A DNA stretch of 64,000 nucleotides from Candidatus Bathyarchaeia archaeon (GTDB lineage: Archaea; Thermoproteota; Bathyarchaeia; Bathyarchaeales; Bathycorpusculaceae): the NCBI GenBank assembly GCA_038883795.1, contig JAVZLK010000004.1, positions 14,496-78,495 of the forward strand. Reading direction: 5' to 3'. The notes under the pieces are model-generated. The model saw only the letters and a program-made list of their open reading frames with translations. It ran no database searches and was not told where the DNA came from. Position numbers and translations under genes: made by a program. Of the stretch, positions 45,031 through 55,463 are shown piece after piece. Every line of letters starts with the position of its first letter. Within the stretch, counting starts at the first letter, position 1.

Positions 45031-47796
45031 ATGGTGATTAAAACGTCAAAGCCATGGCATGCGATGGAAATTGAAGAAACTTTAAAGGCTTTGAACACTT
45101 CGGAGAATGGCTTAACCCAAGAGGAAGTGCAAAAGCGCCTACAAGAATATGGACCTAATGAGCTTAAGAAGGAGAAGGGAATATCGCCAATAAGGCTTTT
45201 CATAGAACAGTTTACAGACATACTTATCATAATATTGCTAATTGCCACAGGGCTCTCCATATACTTAGGCGAAATTACCGATGCCATCGTCATAATCGCC
45301 ATCGTCCTAGCCTGCGCAATTCTGGGTTTTGTAGAAGAATACCGTTCGGAAAAAGCTTTAGAAGCATTAAAGAAGATGACGGCGCCGACAGCCATGGTTT
45401 TAAGGGATGGAAAAGAGGTTAAGGTTCAAGCAAGCGAAATCGTTCCAGGCGACATAATCCTATTATATACAGGCGACAAGGTTCCGGCTGACGCCAGACT
45501 TATTGAGGCAATCAACCTAAAAATGGATGAAGCACCATTAACCGGAGAGTCCACACCCGTAAACAAGAGTGTGGATCCCTTACCTGAAGAAACTGGGCTT
45601 CCTGAAAGGCGAAATTTTGTTTTTACTGGAACGGCTGTTGTTTATGGGCGTGGGAAAGCTGTTGTTACTTCAACTGGAATGAACACTGAGTTTGGAAAAA
45701 TAGCTAAAATGGTTCAAGTAACAGAAGAGGAGGAGACTCCTCTTGAAAAGCGTATGGCTTCTGTTGGGAAATGGATTGGAATTTTATGCATAGCCGTTTG
45801 CCTAACGGTAGCAGGCATAGGTATAGCGGAAGGACGCAATCCTCTTGACATGATTTTGTGGGGTGTAAGCCTTGCTGTTGCTGCAGTTCCAGAAGCATTA
45901 CCCGCCATAGTAACAGGCGCCCTCGCTGTTGGCATGTACCGCATGGCTAAGGTAAACACAATCGTCAGGAGACTTCCAGCTGTTGAAACATTGGGATGTA
46001 CAAGCGTCATCTGCGCCGACAAAACTGGAACAATGACCAAAGGCGAAATGACTGTTCAAAGGATATACGTAAATGACCAAACAATCAAAGTTTCAGGAGT
46101 AGGCTACGAACCACAAGGCGAATTCATATTCGAAGACAAAAAATTGGATCCAGCACAAGAAGAGGAACTTGTGGCGCTTTTAAAGATTTCAGCGTTGTGC
46201 AATGATGCAAAGTTGGAAAAGGAAAAAGAAAGTGGGAGATGGATAATTAAAGGCGATCCCACAGAGGGAGCTTTGGTTGTTGCTGCAGCCAAGGCTGGAT
46301 TATGGAAAGAAGAATTGGAAAAAGAAACTCCAAGGATAGGTGAGGTTCCGTTTTCTTCTGAAAGAAAACGCATGACCACCGTTCACTTTACATCTAAAAA
46401 GAAAATGGCTTTCATGAAAGGAGCACCTGAAATAGTTTTGGAAAAATGCACAAGGATTCTTTCAAAGGGAAAAGTGCGCAAAATAACAGAAGAGGACAAA
46501 GAAAAAATACTGAAAGTAAACGAAGCTATGGCAATGCAAGCATTGAGAAATTTGGGCTTCGCCTACAAGGAATTGCCAGAATCTGCAACAAGTTTTGATG
46601 AGAAAATTGAGAATGATATGACTTTTGTTGGAATAATGGGGATGATTGACCCTCCAAGGGAAGAAGTGAAGGATGCAATTTCGCTTTGCAGAAACGCCGG
46701 AATCAAGGTTGTTATGGTAACTGGTGACCACAAACTTACTGCGGTTGCTGTGGCAAAAGAACTCAACTTAATAGGCGAAAATGAATCGTCGAGTCAAGTG
46801 CTTACTGGTCAAGAGTTGGACAAAATAAGTGATGAACAGCTAACCCAAATGGTTGAAAACGTTGTGATTTATGCTCGTGTTTCGCCTGAACATAAAATGA
46901 GGATTGTTAAGGCTTGGAAAGCGAAAGGATATGTTGTTGCAATGACTGGTGACGGCGTAAACGATGCACCAGCCCTAAAATTGTCAGACATAGGTGTCGC
47001 CATGGGAATCACGGGTACAGAAGTAACGAAAGAAGCTTCAGACATGGTTTTAACAGATGACAATTTTGCATCAATTGTTAAGGCTGTCAAAGAAGGACGC
47101 GAAATCTATGATAACATAAAGAAATACTTAACCTATTTGCTCCGATGCAACGTTATGGAAATCCTCGTAATGTTCATAGTAATGGTAAGCGTTCCGTACT
47201 TGGCAGGTTCAGCCTATCAAGTAGGCGAAGATCCGAAACTTTCTCCAACAGTTGCCTTGACCGCAATACAGCTTTTATGGGTTAATTTGACAACGGATGG
47301 TTTACCAGCCTTAGCCTTGGGGATAGATCCAGGCGATCCAGATTTGATGGAAAGGAAACCTAGAGATCCAAATGAGAGCGTTTTCACACGCGACGTTAAA
47401 CTATATCTGACATTAGTGCCCATTCTAATGACTGTGCTGCTTCTATACGGCTATTTTATGCATCAACCGTGGTTAGGCGAATACAACTTGCTTGAGGCTA
47501 GGACGCAGTTGCTTACGGCCATGATCTTAATGGAGTTGGCAAATGCCATATCCGCCCGTTCACTAAAATATACCGTATTCAAAGTAGGTGTCTTCAAAAA
47601 CAAGTTCCTTTGGGTTGCAATTCTCTCATCTTTAGGACTTCAACTAATGGTTCTTTACACACCAGTTCTTCAAGACTTGTTTGATGTGCACGCTCCAGAA
47701 CCCATAGACTGGGCAATCGCAATATTATTTACAGCAATAGTCTTCGGCTCGTTAGAAATAGGAAAGTATGTTGCAAGTAAGAAACGGAAGGCGTAA
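45031..47796 (+). CDS. P-type cation-transporting ATPase (type II, Ca2+/cation pump-like)
   Basis: TGES, ICADKTGTMT, MVTGD, TGDGVNDAPAL. Likely start is MVIKTSKPWH; the track start is 44989. Confidence 0.92.
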   Translation: MVIKTSKPWHAMEIEETLKALNTSENGLTQEEVQKRLQEYGPNELKKEKGISPIRLFIEQFTDILIIILLIATGLSIYLGEITDAIVIIAIVLACAILGFVEEYRSEKALEALKKMTAPTAMVLRDGKEVKVQASEIVPGDIILLYTGDKVPADARLIEAINLKMDEAPLTGESTPVNKSVDPLPEETGLPERRNFVFTGTAVVYGRGKAVVTSTGMNTEFGKIAKMVQVTEEEETPLEKRMASVGKWIGILCIAVCLTVAGIGIAEGRNPLDMILWGVSLAVAAVPEALPAIVTGALAVGMYRMAKVNTIVRRLPAVETLGCTSVICADKTGTMTKGEMTVQRIYVNDQTIKVSGVGYEPQGEFIFEDKKLDPAQEEELVALLKISALCNDAKLEKEKESGRWIIKGDPTEGALVVAAAKAGLWKEELEKETPRIGEVPFSSERKRMTTVHFTSKKKMAFMKGAPEIVLEKCTRILSKGKVRKITEEDKEKILKVNEAMAMQALRNLGFAYKELPESATSFDEKIENDMTFVGIMGMIDPPREEVKDAISLCRNAGIKVVMVTGDHKLTAVAVAKELNLIGENESSSQVLTGQELDKISDEQLTQMVENVVIYARVSPEHKMRIVKAWKAKGYVVAMTGDGVNDAPALKLSDIGVAMGITGTEVTKEASDMVLTDDNFASIVKAVKEGREIYDNIKKYLTYLLRCNVMEILVMFIVMVSVPYLAGSAYQVGEDPKLSPTVALTAIQLLWVNLTTDGLPALALGIDPGDPDLMERKPRDPNESVFTRDVKLYLTLVPILMTVLLLYGYFMHQPWLGEYNLLEARTQLLTAMILMELANAISARSLKYTVFKVGVFKNKFLWVAILSSLGLQLMVLYTPVLQDLFDVHAPEPIDWAIAILFTAIVFGSLEIGKYVASKKRKA

Positions 47797-47862
47797 CCGG
47801 AAAAGCATATATCCCTAACCCATTTTTATGTAAGGCTTTCACAACAAAAGAAGGATTAAAGC

Positions 47863-48516
47863 ATGAGTGAAAAAACTGCAAATCCAGCTCCGCTTGGGCT
47901 TTTAGGCTTTGGAATGACAACGATCCTCCTAAACTTTGTCCACAACGCCCGCTTAGGACCAGTTGACGGCATGATTCTTGGAATGGGGATATTCTACGGC
48001 GGTTTAGCCCAAATTATTGCTGGCATATTAGAATATAAGAAGGGCAACACTTTCGGCACAACAGCCTTCACATCCTATGGACTATTCTGGCTATCCTTCG
48101 TAGCCCTAAACTGGCTTGGAACAGCTAACGTGGCAGCGATGGGCGTATGGCCATTCTCTTCTTACGGACCAGCTATACCACAATACACTACGCCTTGGCT
48201 TGTCAGTCAAGAAGCCTTTATGGCTTATTTCTTCATGTGGGGACTTTTCACTTTTATCATGTTTTTCGGCACTCTAAAAACCAATAGGGCATTACAATTC
48301 GTTTTCCTAAGCCTCGCAATCCTATTCTTCCTCCTCGCAGCCAAATCTGCGCTTCTAGCCTACACATCTCTTACATCAGCAGACTTGGAATTGTTTACAC
48401 GCATAATTGGGGTTGAAGGCATAGTCTGCGGATTAAGCGCCTTCTACTTGGGTTTAGCAGAAATCCTAAACGAAGCCCATGGAAGAACAGTATTGCCAAT
48501 ATGCCCAGTAAGCTAA
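47863..48516 (+). CDS. GPR1/FUN34/YaaH (SatP-like) acetate/succinate channel family protein
   Basis: N-terminal [14 protein letters not shown] signature and six TM helices. Confidence 0.8.
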   Translation: MSEKTANPAPLGLLGFGMTTILLNFVHNARLGPVDGMILGMGIFYGGLAQIIAGILEYKKGNTFGTTAFTSYGLFWLSFVALNWLGTANVAAMGVWPFSSYGPAIPQYTTPWLVSQEAFMAYFFMWGLFTFIMFFGTLKTNRALQFVFLSLAILFFLLAAKSALLAYTSLTSADLELFTRIIGVEGIVCGLSAFYLGLAEILNEAHGRTVLPICPVS

Positions 48517-48629
48517 ACTTTTTTGCCCCTTTTATTTTTGATATAAACCAACAATAATTCCATATTTTCCTAACCTAAACCTATAAATATGGTAAATAAT
48601 TTTTGTAAAGAAAATCCTCAAAAGGTGAA

Positions 48630-50681
48630 ATGAAAATGTCCAAGGAAGGAATAGAAGTCTACAAAGAATTTGAAGCTAACATAATTCCGCCCAGTTGGAA
48701 AGACCGTGTATGGGATAAAAGCGACTTTAAAAAATGGTATGAAAGCACGGTAAACAATAAAAAAGCCATGGAGGAATGGTGGGAAAAGTGGGCGAACGAA
48801 ATTTTCTGGTTCAAGAAATGGGACAAAGTGTTGGATGACAGCAACCCCCCATTTTACAGGTGGTTTGTGGGTGGAGAAACAAACCTAGCCTATTTGGACA
48901 CGGACTGGCAGATTGAACAGGGAAGAAAGAACAAGCTGGCTCTGATTTGGGAAGGTGAACCATGGGATGAAACCCTTGAACAGCCAAAAGAGGTTAGAAA
49001 ATTCACATATTATGACCTATACAGAGAATCCAACGTAATCAGCCACGCCCTAAAAGAGAAACTCGGCGTCAAAAAGGGCGAAATAGTGACATTATATTTG
49101 CCCATGATTCCAGAACTACCCTTCTACATGCTTGCCCTCCAAAGACTTGGAGCAAAACACAGCGCGGTCTACAGCGGTTTTAGTGCTGATGCTTTAGCCA
49201 CAAGAGCCATGGATGCAGGTTCAAGAATAATCGTCACTGCTGACGGATTTTATAGAAGAGGGAGAATAATTAGCCTTAAACCAATAGTGGATGAAGCCCT
49301 AAAAATATGCGCACAAAGCGGCGTTAAAATAGAAAAGGTTATAGTGGTTAGAAGGGCTGGCAATGAAATACCTTGGAATACCCAAATAGACGTTTGGCAT
49401 CATGAACTGATAAAGGATGTGCCAAAAAATGTGAAGGTTCCAGCTGAAAGATGCGGCTCAGAAGATTTCTCCTATATCCTCTACACTTCTGGCACAACAG
49501 CCGCACCAAAAGGCGCACAAATTCCTATAGGTGGATATGCAGTCGGATTGTACGCTACTATGAAGTTGATATTTGATGTTAAAGACACTGATATTTACTG
49601 GTGCACAGCCGATATCGGATGGGTAACTGGGCACTCCTACATTGTTTATGGTCCGTTTCTAACTGGTTTGACATCAATAATGTATGAAGGCGCGCCAGAT
49701 TTCCCAGGACCCGATAGGTGGTGGAGCATAATTCACCGTTATGGAGTTACACTCTTCTACACAACGCCGACAGCCATTAGAATGCTTATGAAGTTTCCAG
49801 AAGAACTCGTCAAAAAATATGATCTATCCACAGTTAGGATTTGCCACTCAGTGGGCGAACCCATAAACCCAGAAGCCTTCAAATGGTACTTCAAAAACAT
49901 TGGAAGAGAGGACATAATCGCCTCAAGCACTTGGTGGATGACGGAAACAGGACAAATGTTGACGGGGCATTTTCCAGGGTTAGGAAAAATATTTCCATTA
50001 AAGCCCGGAACAAATGGTTACCCATTCCCAGGCGTCACATTAGAAGTTCTCGATGATGATGGAAATCCATGCCCGCCTGGAGTTAGAGGCTACTTAGCAA
50101 TAACTTCGCCTTGGCCTGCAATGCTTATGACGCTTTATAAAAATCCCCAAAGGTATGTGGATGTTTATTGGTCAAGGTTTAAGGGCAAAACCTACTTCTA
50201 CACTGGAGATTTCGCAATAAAAGACAAGGATGGATATTTGTGGATATTGGGGAGGGCGGACGACGTCCTTAAAGTTGCTGGTCATAGGATTGGAACTGCT
50301 GAAATTGAATCTGCAATGATTAAGCATCCAGCCGTTGCAGAATCAGCATGCATTGGCAAAGCCGACCCAGTTAAAGGCGAAATACCCTTCATATTCACAG
50401 TCCTCAAACATGGCTATTCGCCAAACCCGAAGCTTGCGGATGAGTTAAAAATGCATTTGAGGGCAACCATTGGTCCCCTTGTGGCTTCAGATGCTGTCAT
50501 AGCCTTTGTTGATTCTGTGCCAAAAACAAGAAGCGGCAAAATCATGAGGAGGCTGTTGAAGGCAATTGTTAGTGGAGCAGCCATAGGCGACGTTACAACG
50601 TTGGAAGATGGGGTGGCTGTGGAAGAAGCAAAAAGGGCTTATGAGAGCGTGAAAGAAGCTTTAGAACGCGGCAAAACCTAA
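48630..50681 (+). CDS. acs: AMP-forming acetyl-CoA synthetase
   Basis: YTSGTTAAPKG, YWCTADIGWVTGHSY, GDFAIKDKDGYLWILGRADDV, PKTRSGKIMRR. Confidence 0.93.
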   Translation: MKMSKEGIEVYKEFEANIIPPSWKDRVWDKSDFKKWYESTVNNKKAMEEWWEKWANEIFWFKKWDKVLDDSNPPFYRWFVGGETNLAYLDTDWQIEQGRKNKLALIWEGEPWDETLEQPKEVRKFTYYDLYRESNVISHALKEKLGVKKGEIVTLYLPMIPELPFYMLALQRLGAKHSAVYSGFSADALATRAMDAGSRIIVTADGFYRRGRIISLKPIVDEALKICAQSGVKIEKVIVVRRAGNEIPWNTQIDVWHHELIKDVPKNVKVPAERCGSEDFSYILYTSGTTAAPKGAQIPIGGYAVGLYATMKLIFDVKDTDIYWCTADIGWVTGHSYIVYGPFLTGLTSIMYEGAPDFPGPDRWWSIIHRYGVTLFYTTPTAIRMLMKFPEELVKKYDLSTVRICHSVGEPINPEAFKWYFKNIGREDIIASSTWWMTETGQMLTGHFPGLGKIFPLKPGTNGYPFPGVTLEVLDDDGNPCPPGVRGYLAITSPWPAMLMTLYKNPQRYVDVYWSRFKGKTYFYTGDFAIKDKDGYLWILGRADDVLKVAGHRIGTAEIESAMIKHPAVAESACIGKADPVKGEIPFIFTVLKHGYSPNPKLADELKMHLRATIGPLVASDAVIAFVDSVPKTRSGKIMRRLLKAIVSGAAIGDVTTLEDGVAVEEAKRAYESVKEALERGKT

Positions 50682-50696
50682 CAACCTATTCTTTTC

Positions 50697-53381
50697 TTAT
50701 GCCAATTCCATTATTGCTTTGGAAGTTTCGCTGTCCACTGGTTCAATTCTAAAACCCTTTTTCGTGCATAAGTGAATCATTTTCGCATTGTCTGAAATTA
50801 CAAAACCATAAATCGCCTTCAACTTCATTTCTTTACCAATCTCAATAATATAATCAATCAATTTAGACCCAAGTCCAAGCCCTTGCCACTGGTCTCCCAC
50901 GACAACGGCGAACTCACCATTCTTTCTGCCGGGCTCAAGAGAAAGCAAAGCAACCCCTATAATTTTTCTTTGGTCTTTTTGTATTTCTGCAACTATGGCG
51001 ATTTCACGGTCGTAATCTAAGTTGCAATATCTCGTTAAAGTTTCGTGGGTTACTTCTCTAAAAACTTGGAAAAACCTAAACCTCATGGTTTCTTCTGAAA
51101 GGGAGCAGTACAATTCACGCAGGAGCGCTTCATCTTCTGGTTTTATTGGGCGAAGAATAACCTCTGTTCCATCTTTCAAAGTCCACCGTGTAACATACTT
51201 TGTTGGGTATGGCGCAATAACAAGGTGTTCATGAGAGCGGGGTTCATGCAAAATTTTTTCTGGGTCTATGACTATTCTGGCATCCACAGCCAAGGCAGTA
51301 TTCTCATCAACTATTAGGGGATTTATTTCTATCTCCTTTATCTCAGGAAAGTCTATGACGAGTTGGGAAAACTTTACCAAAATTTCTTCCAAAAGCTTAA
51401 CATTAAAGCGTCCTTCGCCCATTTCCGCAAGTTTGCAAACTTTGGTTCTTTCCATAAGTCTCCTTGCAAGCACCTGATTTAAGGGTGGAAGCCCAATGTT
51501 TACGTCTTGGAATAATTCTGTGGCGGTTCCTCCCATTCCAAACATTATTATGGAGCCAAACTCCTTATCCTTTTTTGAGCCTATTAGCAGTTCGCAAAGT
51601 TTTTTCTGAACCATGGGTTGAATAATGACGCCTTGAAATTCTGCTTCTGGACTGTACTTTTTAACCCTTTCAGCCAGTGTTTCGAAAAAGGCTTTGGCTT
51701 GTTCCGGTGACCAAACGTTTAGGATTACTCCTTCAACCTTTGACTTGTGGGTTATTTGGGGCGAAAGTGCTTTCATAACTATGGGGCATCCGATTTCAGC
51801 GGCTATGGCTTCTGCTTCCTCTGGAGTTTTTGCAACTAGGGTTTTTATTGTTGGGATTTGGTAGGCTTCAAGAAATTGTAAAGACTCATGCTGGTTTAGG
51901 ATGGTTCGCCCTTCGTTGTGGGCTTTCCTTAAAACTTCTTTAAGAAACGTTGGAATCGCCAATTCCATTGTAAGCTCTTCTGGAGTCTGATACAGAAGTT
52001 CCAAGTTTTGAGTATAACTATACATATACATGAAGGTTGAAACCGCCTGCTCTGGAGTCGGAAACACGGGGATCCTATTTTTTCGCAGAATTTGTCCAGC
52101 CCTTCGGCATTCCACTTCGCCCATCAATGAGGTGAGAATGGGTTTGTTGGTTTGTTTTGACGATTCCAAAATTATTTTTGCAATGGCTAAGGGTTCGGTG
52201 GCTCCTTGCGGCGTGTAAATTATTAAGAAACCGTCACTATTGAGGTCTTGGAGGCAGATTTCAATAACTTTTCTGAACCGTTCTGGAGTAGCCTCTTCTA
52301 AAATGTCTATGGGATTCATAATGCTGCAGTAAGGAGGCAAGGCCTTCTTTAAAGCATCAATAGTCTCTGCGCTTAAGGAGGTTAGTTTTCCACCTTTGGC
52401 TATTAGAAAATCTGCAGCCATAATTCCGGGACCGCCCGCGTTTGTGATTATGGTTAGGTTTGGACCTTTTGGGTTTGGCTGCATCGCCAATGTTTCTGCG
52501 CAGTTGAATAGGTCGGTTATGGCTTCGACACGGACTATTCCAGCCCTTCTAAAGGCTGCGTCATAAACTGCATCTTCTCCGCAAAGGGCTCCAGTGTGGG
52601 AGACTGCTGCTTCAACGCTTCTTGGAAATCTTCCAGCCTTCACGACAACTATGGGTTTTACCCTTGCGAATCCCCTTGCTGCACTCATGAATTTTCTTGA
52701 GTTTCTGATGGATTCTATGTAAAGCACTATGCTTCTTGTTTGGGGGTCTGTTCCAAAATAGTCGATTAAGTCTCCAAAATCAACATCAATCATCGAACCC
52801 GTGGAAACTACAGCGCTGAATCCGATGTGGGCTTCTGAAGCCCAGTCAACTACTGAAGCGCATAATGCTGCGCTTTGGGATATGAAAGCTATTTTTCCAG
52901 GCATAGCCGCTTTGTTTGCAAAGGTGGCGTTCAACCCTATTTTTGGTCTCATTATTCCAAAACAGTTCGGTCCAAGAATCCGCATGCCATATTTATCCTT
53001 AATTTCAAGAATTTGCCTTTCCAAAGCTTCTCCTTCTTTTCCGGTTTCTCTGAAACCAGCGGAAATAATTATTATTCCTTCAACTCCAGCCTTTCCACAT
53101 TCTTCAACTATTTGTGGGACAACATGGGCTGGTGTTGCTATTATGGCGAGGTCTACATGCCATGGAATTTTTAGGATGCTTGGATAAGCCGTTATACCTT
53201 GAACAGTGATTCTAAAGGGATTAACTGGATAAACTGTTCCAGTAAATCCAACTCCGATTAGGTTTCTAAAAAGTCTGGCGCCAACAGATCCTTCTCTGTC
53301 TGTTGCTCCAATTACTGCTATCCTTTTTGGGTTGAAAATTTTGTCGAGGTTTTCTGTTCCCACTCCCAAGGAATCCTCCAA
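50697..53381 (-). CDS. Pat-like protein: ADP-forming acetyl-CoA synthetase-type domains (CoA-binding, ligase, ATP-grasp) fused to a C-terminal GNAT acetyltransferase
   Basis: PKRIAVIGAT CoA-binding N-terminus, ATP-grasp middle region, C-terminal GNAT motif A QWQGLGLGSKL. 894 aa. Confidence 0.82.
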   Translation of the reverse strand: MEDSLGVGTENLDKIFNPKRIAVIGATDREGSVGARLFRNLIGVGFTGTVYPVNPFRITVQGITAYPSILKIPWHVDLAIIATPAHVVPQIVEECGKAGVEGIIIISAGFRETGKEGEALERQILEIKDKYGMRILGPNCFGIMRPKIGLNATFANKAAMPGKIAFISQSAALCASVVDWASEAHIGFSAVVSTGSMIDVDFGDLIDYFGTDPQTRSIVLYIESIRNSRKFMSAARGFARVKPIVVVKAGRFPRSVEAAVSHTGALCGEDAVYDAAFRRAGIVRVEAITDLFNCAETLAMQPNPKGPNLTIITNAGGPGIMAADFLIAKGGKLTSLSAETIDALKKALPPYCSIMNPIDILEEATPERFRKVIEICLQDLNSDGFLIIYTPQGATEPLAIAKIILESSKQTNKPILTSLMGEVECRRAGQILRKNRIPVFPTPEQAVSTFMYMYSYTQNLELLYQTPEELTMELAIPTFLKEVLRKAHNEGRTILNQHESLQFLEAYQIPTIKTLVAKTPEEAEAIAAEIGCPIVMKALSPQITHKSKVEGVILNVWSPEQAKAFFETLAERVKKYSPEAEFQGVIIQPMVQKKLCELLIGSKKDKEFGSIIMFGMGGTATELFQDVNIGLPPLNQVLARRLMERTKVCKLAEMGEGRFNVKLLEEILVKFSQLVIDFPEIKEIEINPLIVDENTALAVDARIVIDPEKILHEPRSHEHLVIAPYPTKYVTRWTLKDGTEVILRPIKPEDEALLRELYCSLSEETMRFRFFQVFREVTHETLTRYCNLDYDREIAIVAEIQKDQRKIIGVALLSLEPGRKNGEFAVVVGDQWQGLGLGSKLIDYIIEIGKEMKLKAIYGFVISDNAKMIHLCTKKGFRIEPVDSETSKAIMELA

Positions 53382-53471
53382 AATTACCCTAAGTATAGCA
53401 TATACGATTGTGTTTTAAAGTATTTCTAGTGAATATGTCTATCGCTAATCTTTTAAAGTCGAAACTTTGTT

Positions 53472-54794
53472 TTACGGGTAGACTCTTGTGATGGTTCTTG
53501 GGAAAGGAATGGTTTCACGTATATGCTTCAGCTTACAAATCCACATGACGGTTCTTTCAATTCCTAGCCCAAATCCTGAGTGGGGAACTGAACCATATCT
53601 TCTCAAATCCAAATACCACTCATAAGCTTCTCTTGGCAAGCCAAACTCTTCTATCCTCCGCTCTAACAATTTCAAGTCGTGGATTCTTTCGCTTCCACCA
53701 ATTATCTCGCCATACCCCTCCGGAGCCATCAAATCCGCGCAGAGCACAACTTCTGGGTTTTCTGGGTCTGGTTGCATGTAGAAGGCTCTGGCTTTTGCTG
53801 GATAGCGATGCACAAAAACTGGTTTTTCAAACTGCAACGATATGAATTTTTCATGGGGTGCTCCTAAATCTTCTCCCCACTCAATATTGTAACCAGCCTT
53901 CTGCAGTCTATCCACCGCTTCCGTATAGCTTATCCTCTCAAAGGGCGGCTCAACCTTTCTCAAAGGCTCCAAATCTCTTTTCAAGAATTCTAATTCTCTT
54001 TTTCTCCTTTCCAGAACCCGCTTGACAATGAAGGTTACCATTTCTTCTTGAAGTTTCAAGTTATCCTCAAAAGTGTAGAAAGCCATTTCAGGCTCAACCA
54101 TCCAAAACTCCGTCAAGTGTCGTGGAGTCTTTGACCTTTCTGCCCGAAAAGTTGGACCAAAACAGTAGACTTTGCCAAAAGCGGCGATGGTGGCTTCAAC
54201 ATAAAGTTGTCCGCTTTGAGTTAGAAAGGCTTTATCACCAAAATAGGGTGTTTCAAAAAGTGTGGTTGTTCCCTCAACAGCTGACGGTGTGAGAATTGGC
54301 GAATCTGTTAGGGTAAAACCATTCTCGTCAAGAAAATCTCTGCAAGCCTTTATAATTTCAGCTCTCACCTTTAAAATGGCAACTTGCCTTGGGCTTCTTA
54401 TCCATAGATGCCTAAGGCTTGCTAAAAAGTCGATGCCATGGGATTTCTTACTTAAGGGGTATTCTGGCATTGCCAAATGAACAATTTTCAAATCCTTAAC
54501 TCTCACTTCGTAGCCGCCCGGTGCTCTCTTGTCTTCCTTAACTATGCCTTTAACAATAATTGAGGATTCTTGGGTTAGCTTATCCACGTCCTCGAAGGTT
54601 TGTGGAGCCACGTCTTCCTTGTGGACTGTGGCTTGTATCATTCCGCTTCCGTCTCTAATTATTAGGAATTGGACTCCTCCGCTGGAGCGTCTCGTAACTA
54701 CCCAACCCTTTATTTCAACTTCCTTTTCTGTCAGTTTTCCATCCAAAACTTCGCTAACGCTCATGATTATCATTCTCAACCGCTTATTTCTCAA
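53472..54794 (-). CDS. asnS: Asparaginyl-tRNA synthetase (class IIb)
   Basis: [40 protein letters not shown]. Start is probably one of the internal Met codons (MIIMSVSE). Confidence 0.82.
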   Translation of the reverse strand: MRNKRLRMIIMSVSEVLDGKLTEKEVEIKGWVVTRRSSGGVQFLIIRDGSGMIQATVHKEDVAPQTFEDVDKLTQESSIIVKGIVKEDKRAPGGYEVRVKDLKIVHLAMPEYPLSKKSHGIDFLASLRHLWIRSPRQVAILKVRAEIIKACRDFLDENGFTLTDSPILTPSAVEGTTTLFETPYFGDKAFLTQSGQLYVEATIAAFGKVYCFGPTFRAERSKTPRHLTEFWMVEPEMAFYTFEDNLKLQEEMVTFIVKRVLERRKRELEFLKRDLEPLRKVEPPFERISYTEAVDRLQKAGYNIEWGEDLGAPHEKFISLQFEKPVFVHRYPAKARAFYMQPDPENPEVVLCADLMAPEGYGEIIGGSERIHDLKLLERRIEEFGLPREAYEWYLDLRRYGSVPHSGFGLGIERTVMWICKLKHIRETIPFPRTITRVYP

Positions 54795-54900
54795 ATTTTA
54801 ATGTCAACACTTGTTTTTAAGTATTAAATTTTTGAAATTAAACAGACAATCCTTAAATCGCCCTTCCTCGCCCATAGTATGTATCTGCGAAGGTTATTAG

Positions 54901-55446
54901 ATGAAAAAGGCTGCGCCGGAAAAGTTTGAGGTTCATTATTTGATGGAGAGTGTAGCCTTCGGATTAACAGACGGCATAATATGTTTTCTCGGCATAATCG
55001 TCGGCGTTGCAAGAGCCACCCTAGACCCAAACCTTGTAATAATAGCGGGCATTGTTGGCGGAGTGGCTGATGCCCTCGGAAACTCTGTAGGCTTCTTCGT
55101 TTCCCAATCAACGGAAAGGGCAGTTCAAATTTATGGGGTTGAGCAAGGAACCGAAGGCAGAGTTCATACTAAAAAGGAGGTTAGAATGAGCGGAGTATTC
55201 TCCTTCATAGCCACCATAATCGCCCTCTTCTTCTTGATTTCGCCATTCAAACTTGTAAACGACATACTCTACGCTACAGTCCTCTCTTTCATAATTGGCA
55301 TCATATTAGCCTTCATTCTGGGCAGTTACGTTGGAAAACTAACAAAAGAAAACCAATTCAAGTGTGGACTAAAATACGCTTTCATAACCATTGCTGGAGC
55401 CCTAATCTCCTACTTCATAGGAGAAGCCCTCCACATAATCATATAA
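54901..55446 (+). CDS. VIT1/CCC1-family membrane protein (putative Fe/Mn transporter)
   Basis: FGLTDGIICFLGIIVGVA and GGVADALGNSVGFFVSQSTE patterns; C-terminal TM helices. Confidence 0.5.
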   Translation: MKKAAPEKFEVHYLMESVAFGLTDGIICFLGIIVGVARATLDPNLVIIAGIVGGVADALGNSVGFFVSQSTERAVQIYGVEQGTEGRVHTKKEVRMSGVFSFIATIIALFFLISPFKLVNDILYATVLSFIIGIILAFILGSYVGKLTKENQFKCGLKYAFITIAGALISYFIGEALHIII

Positions 55447-55463
55447 AAATTAGGCTGAAAGCT

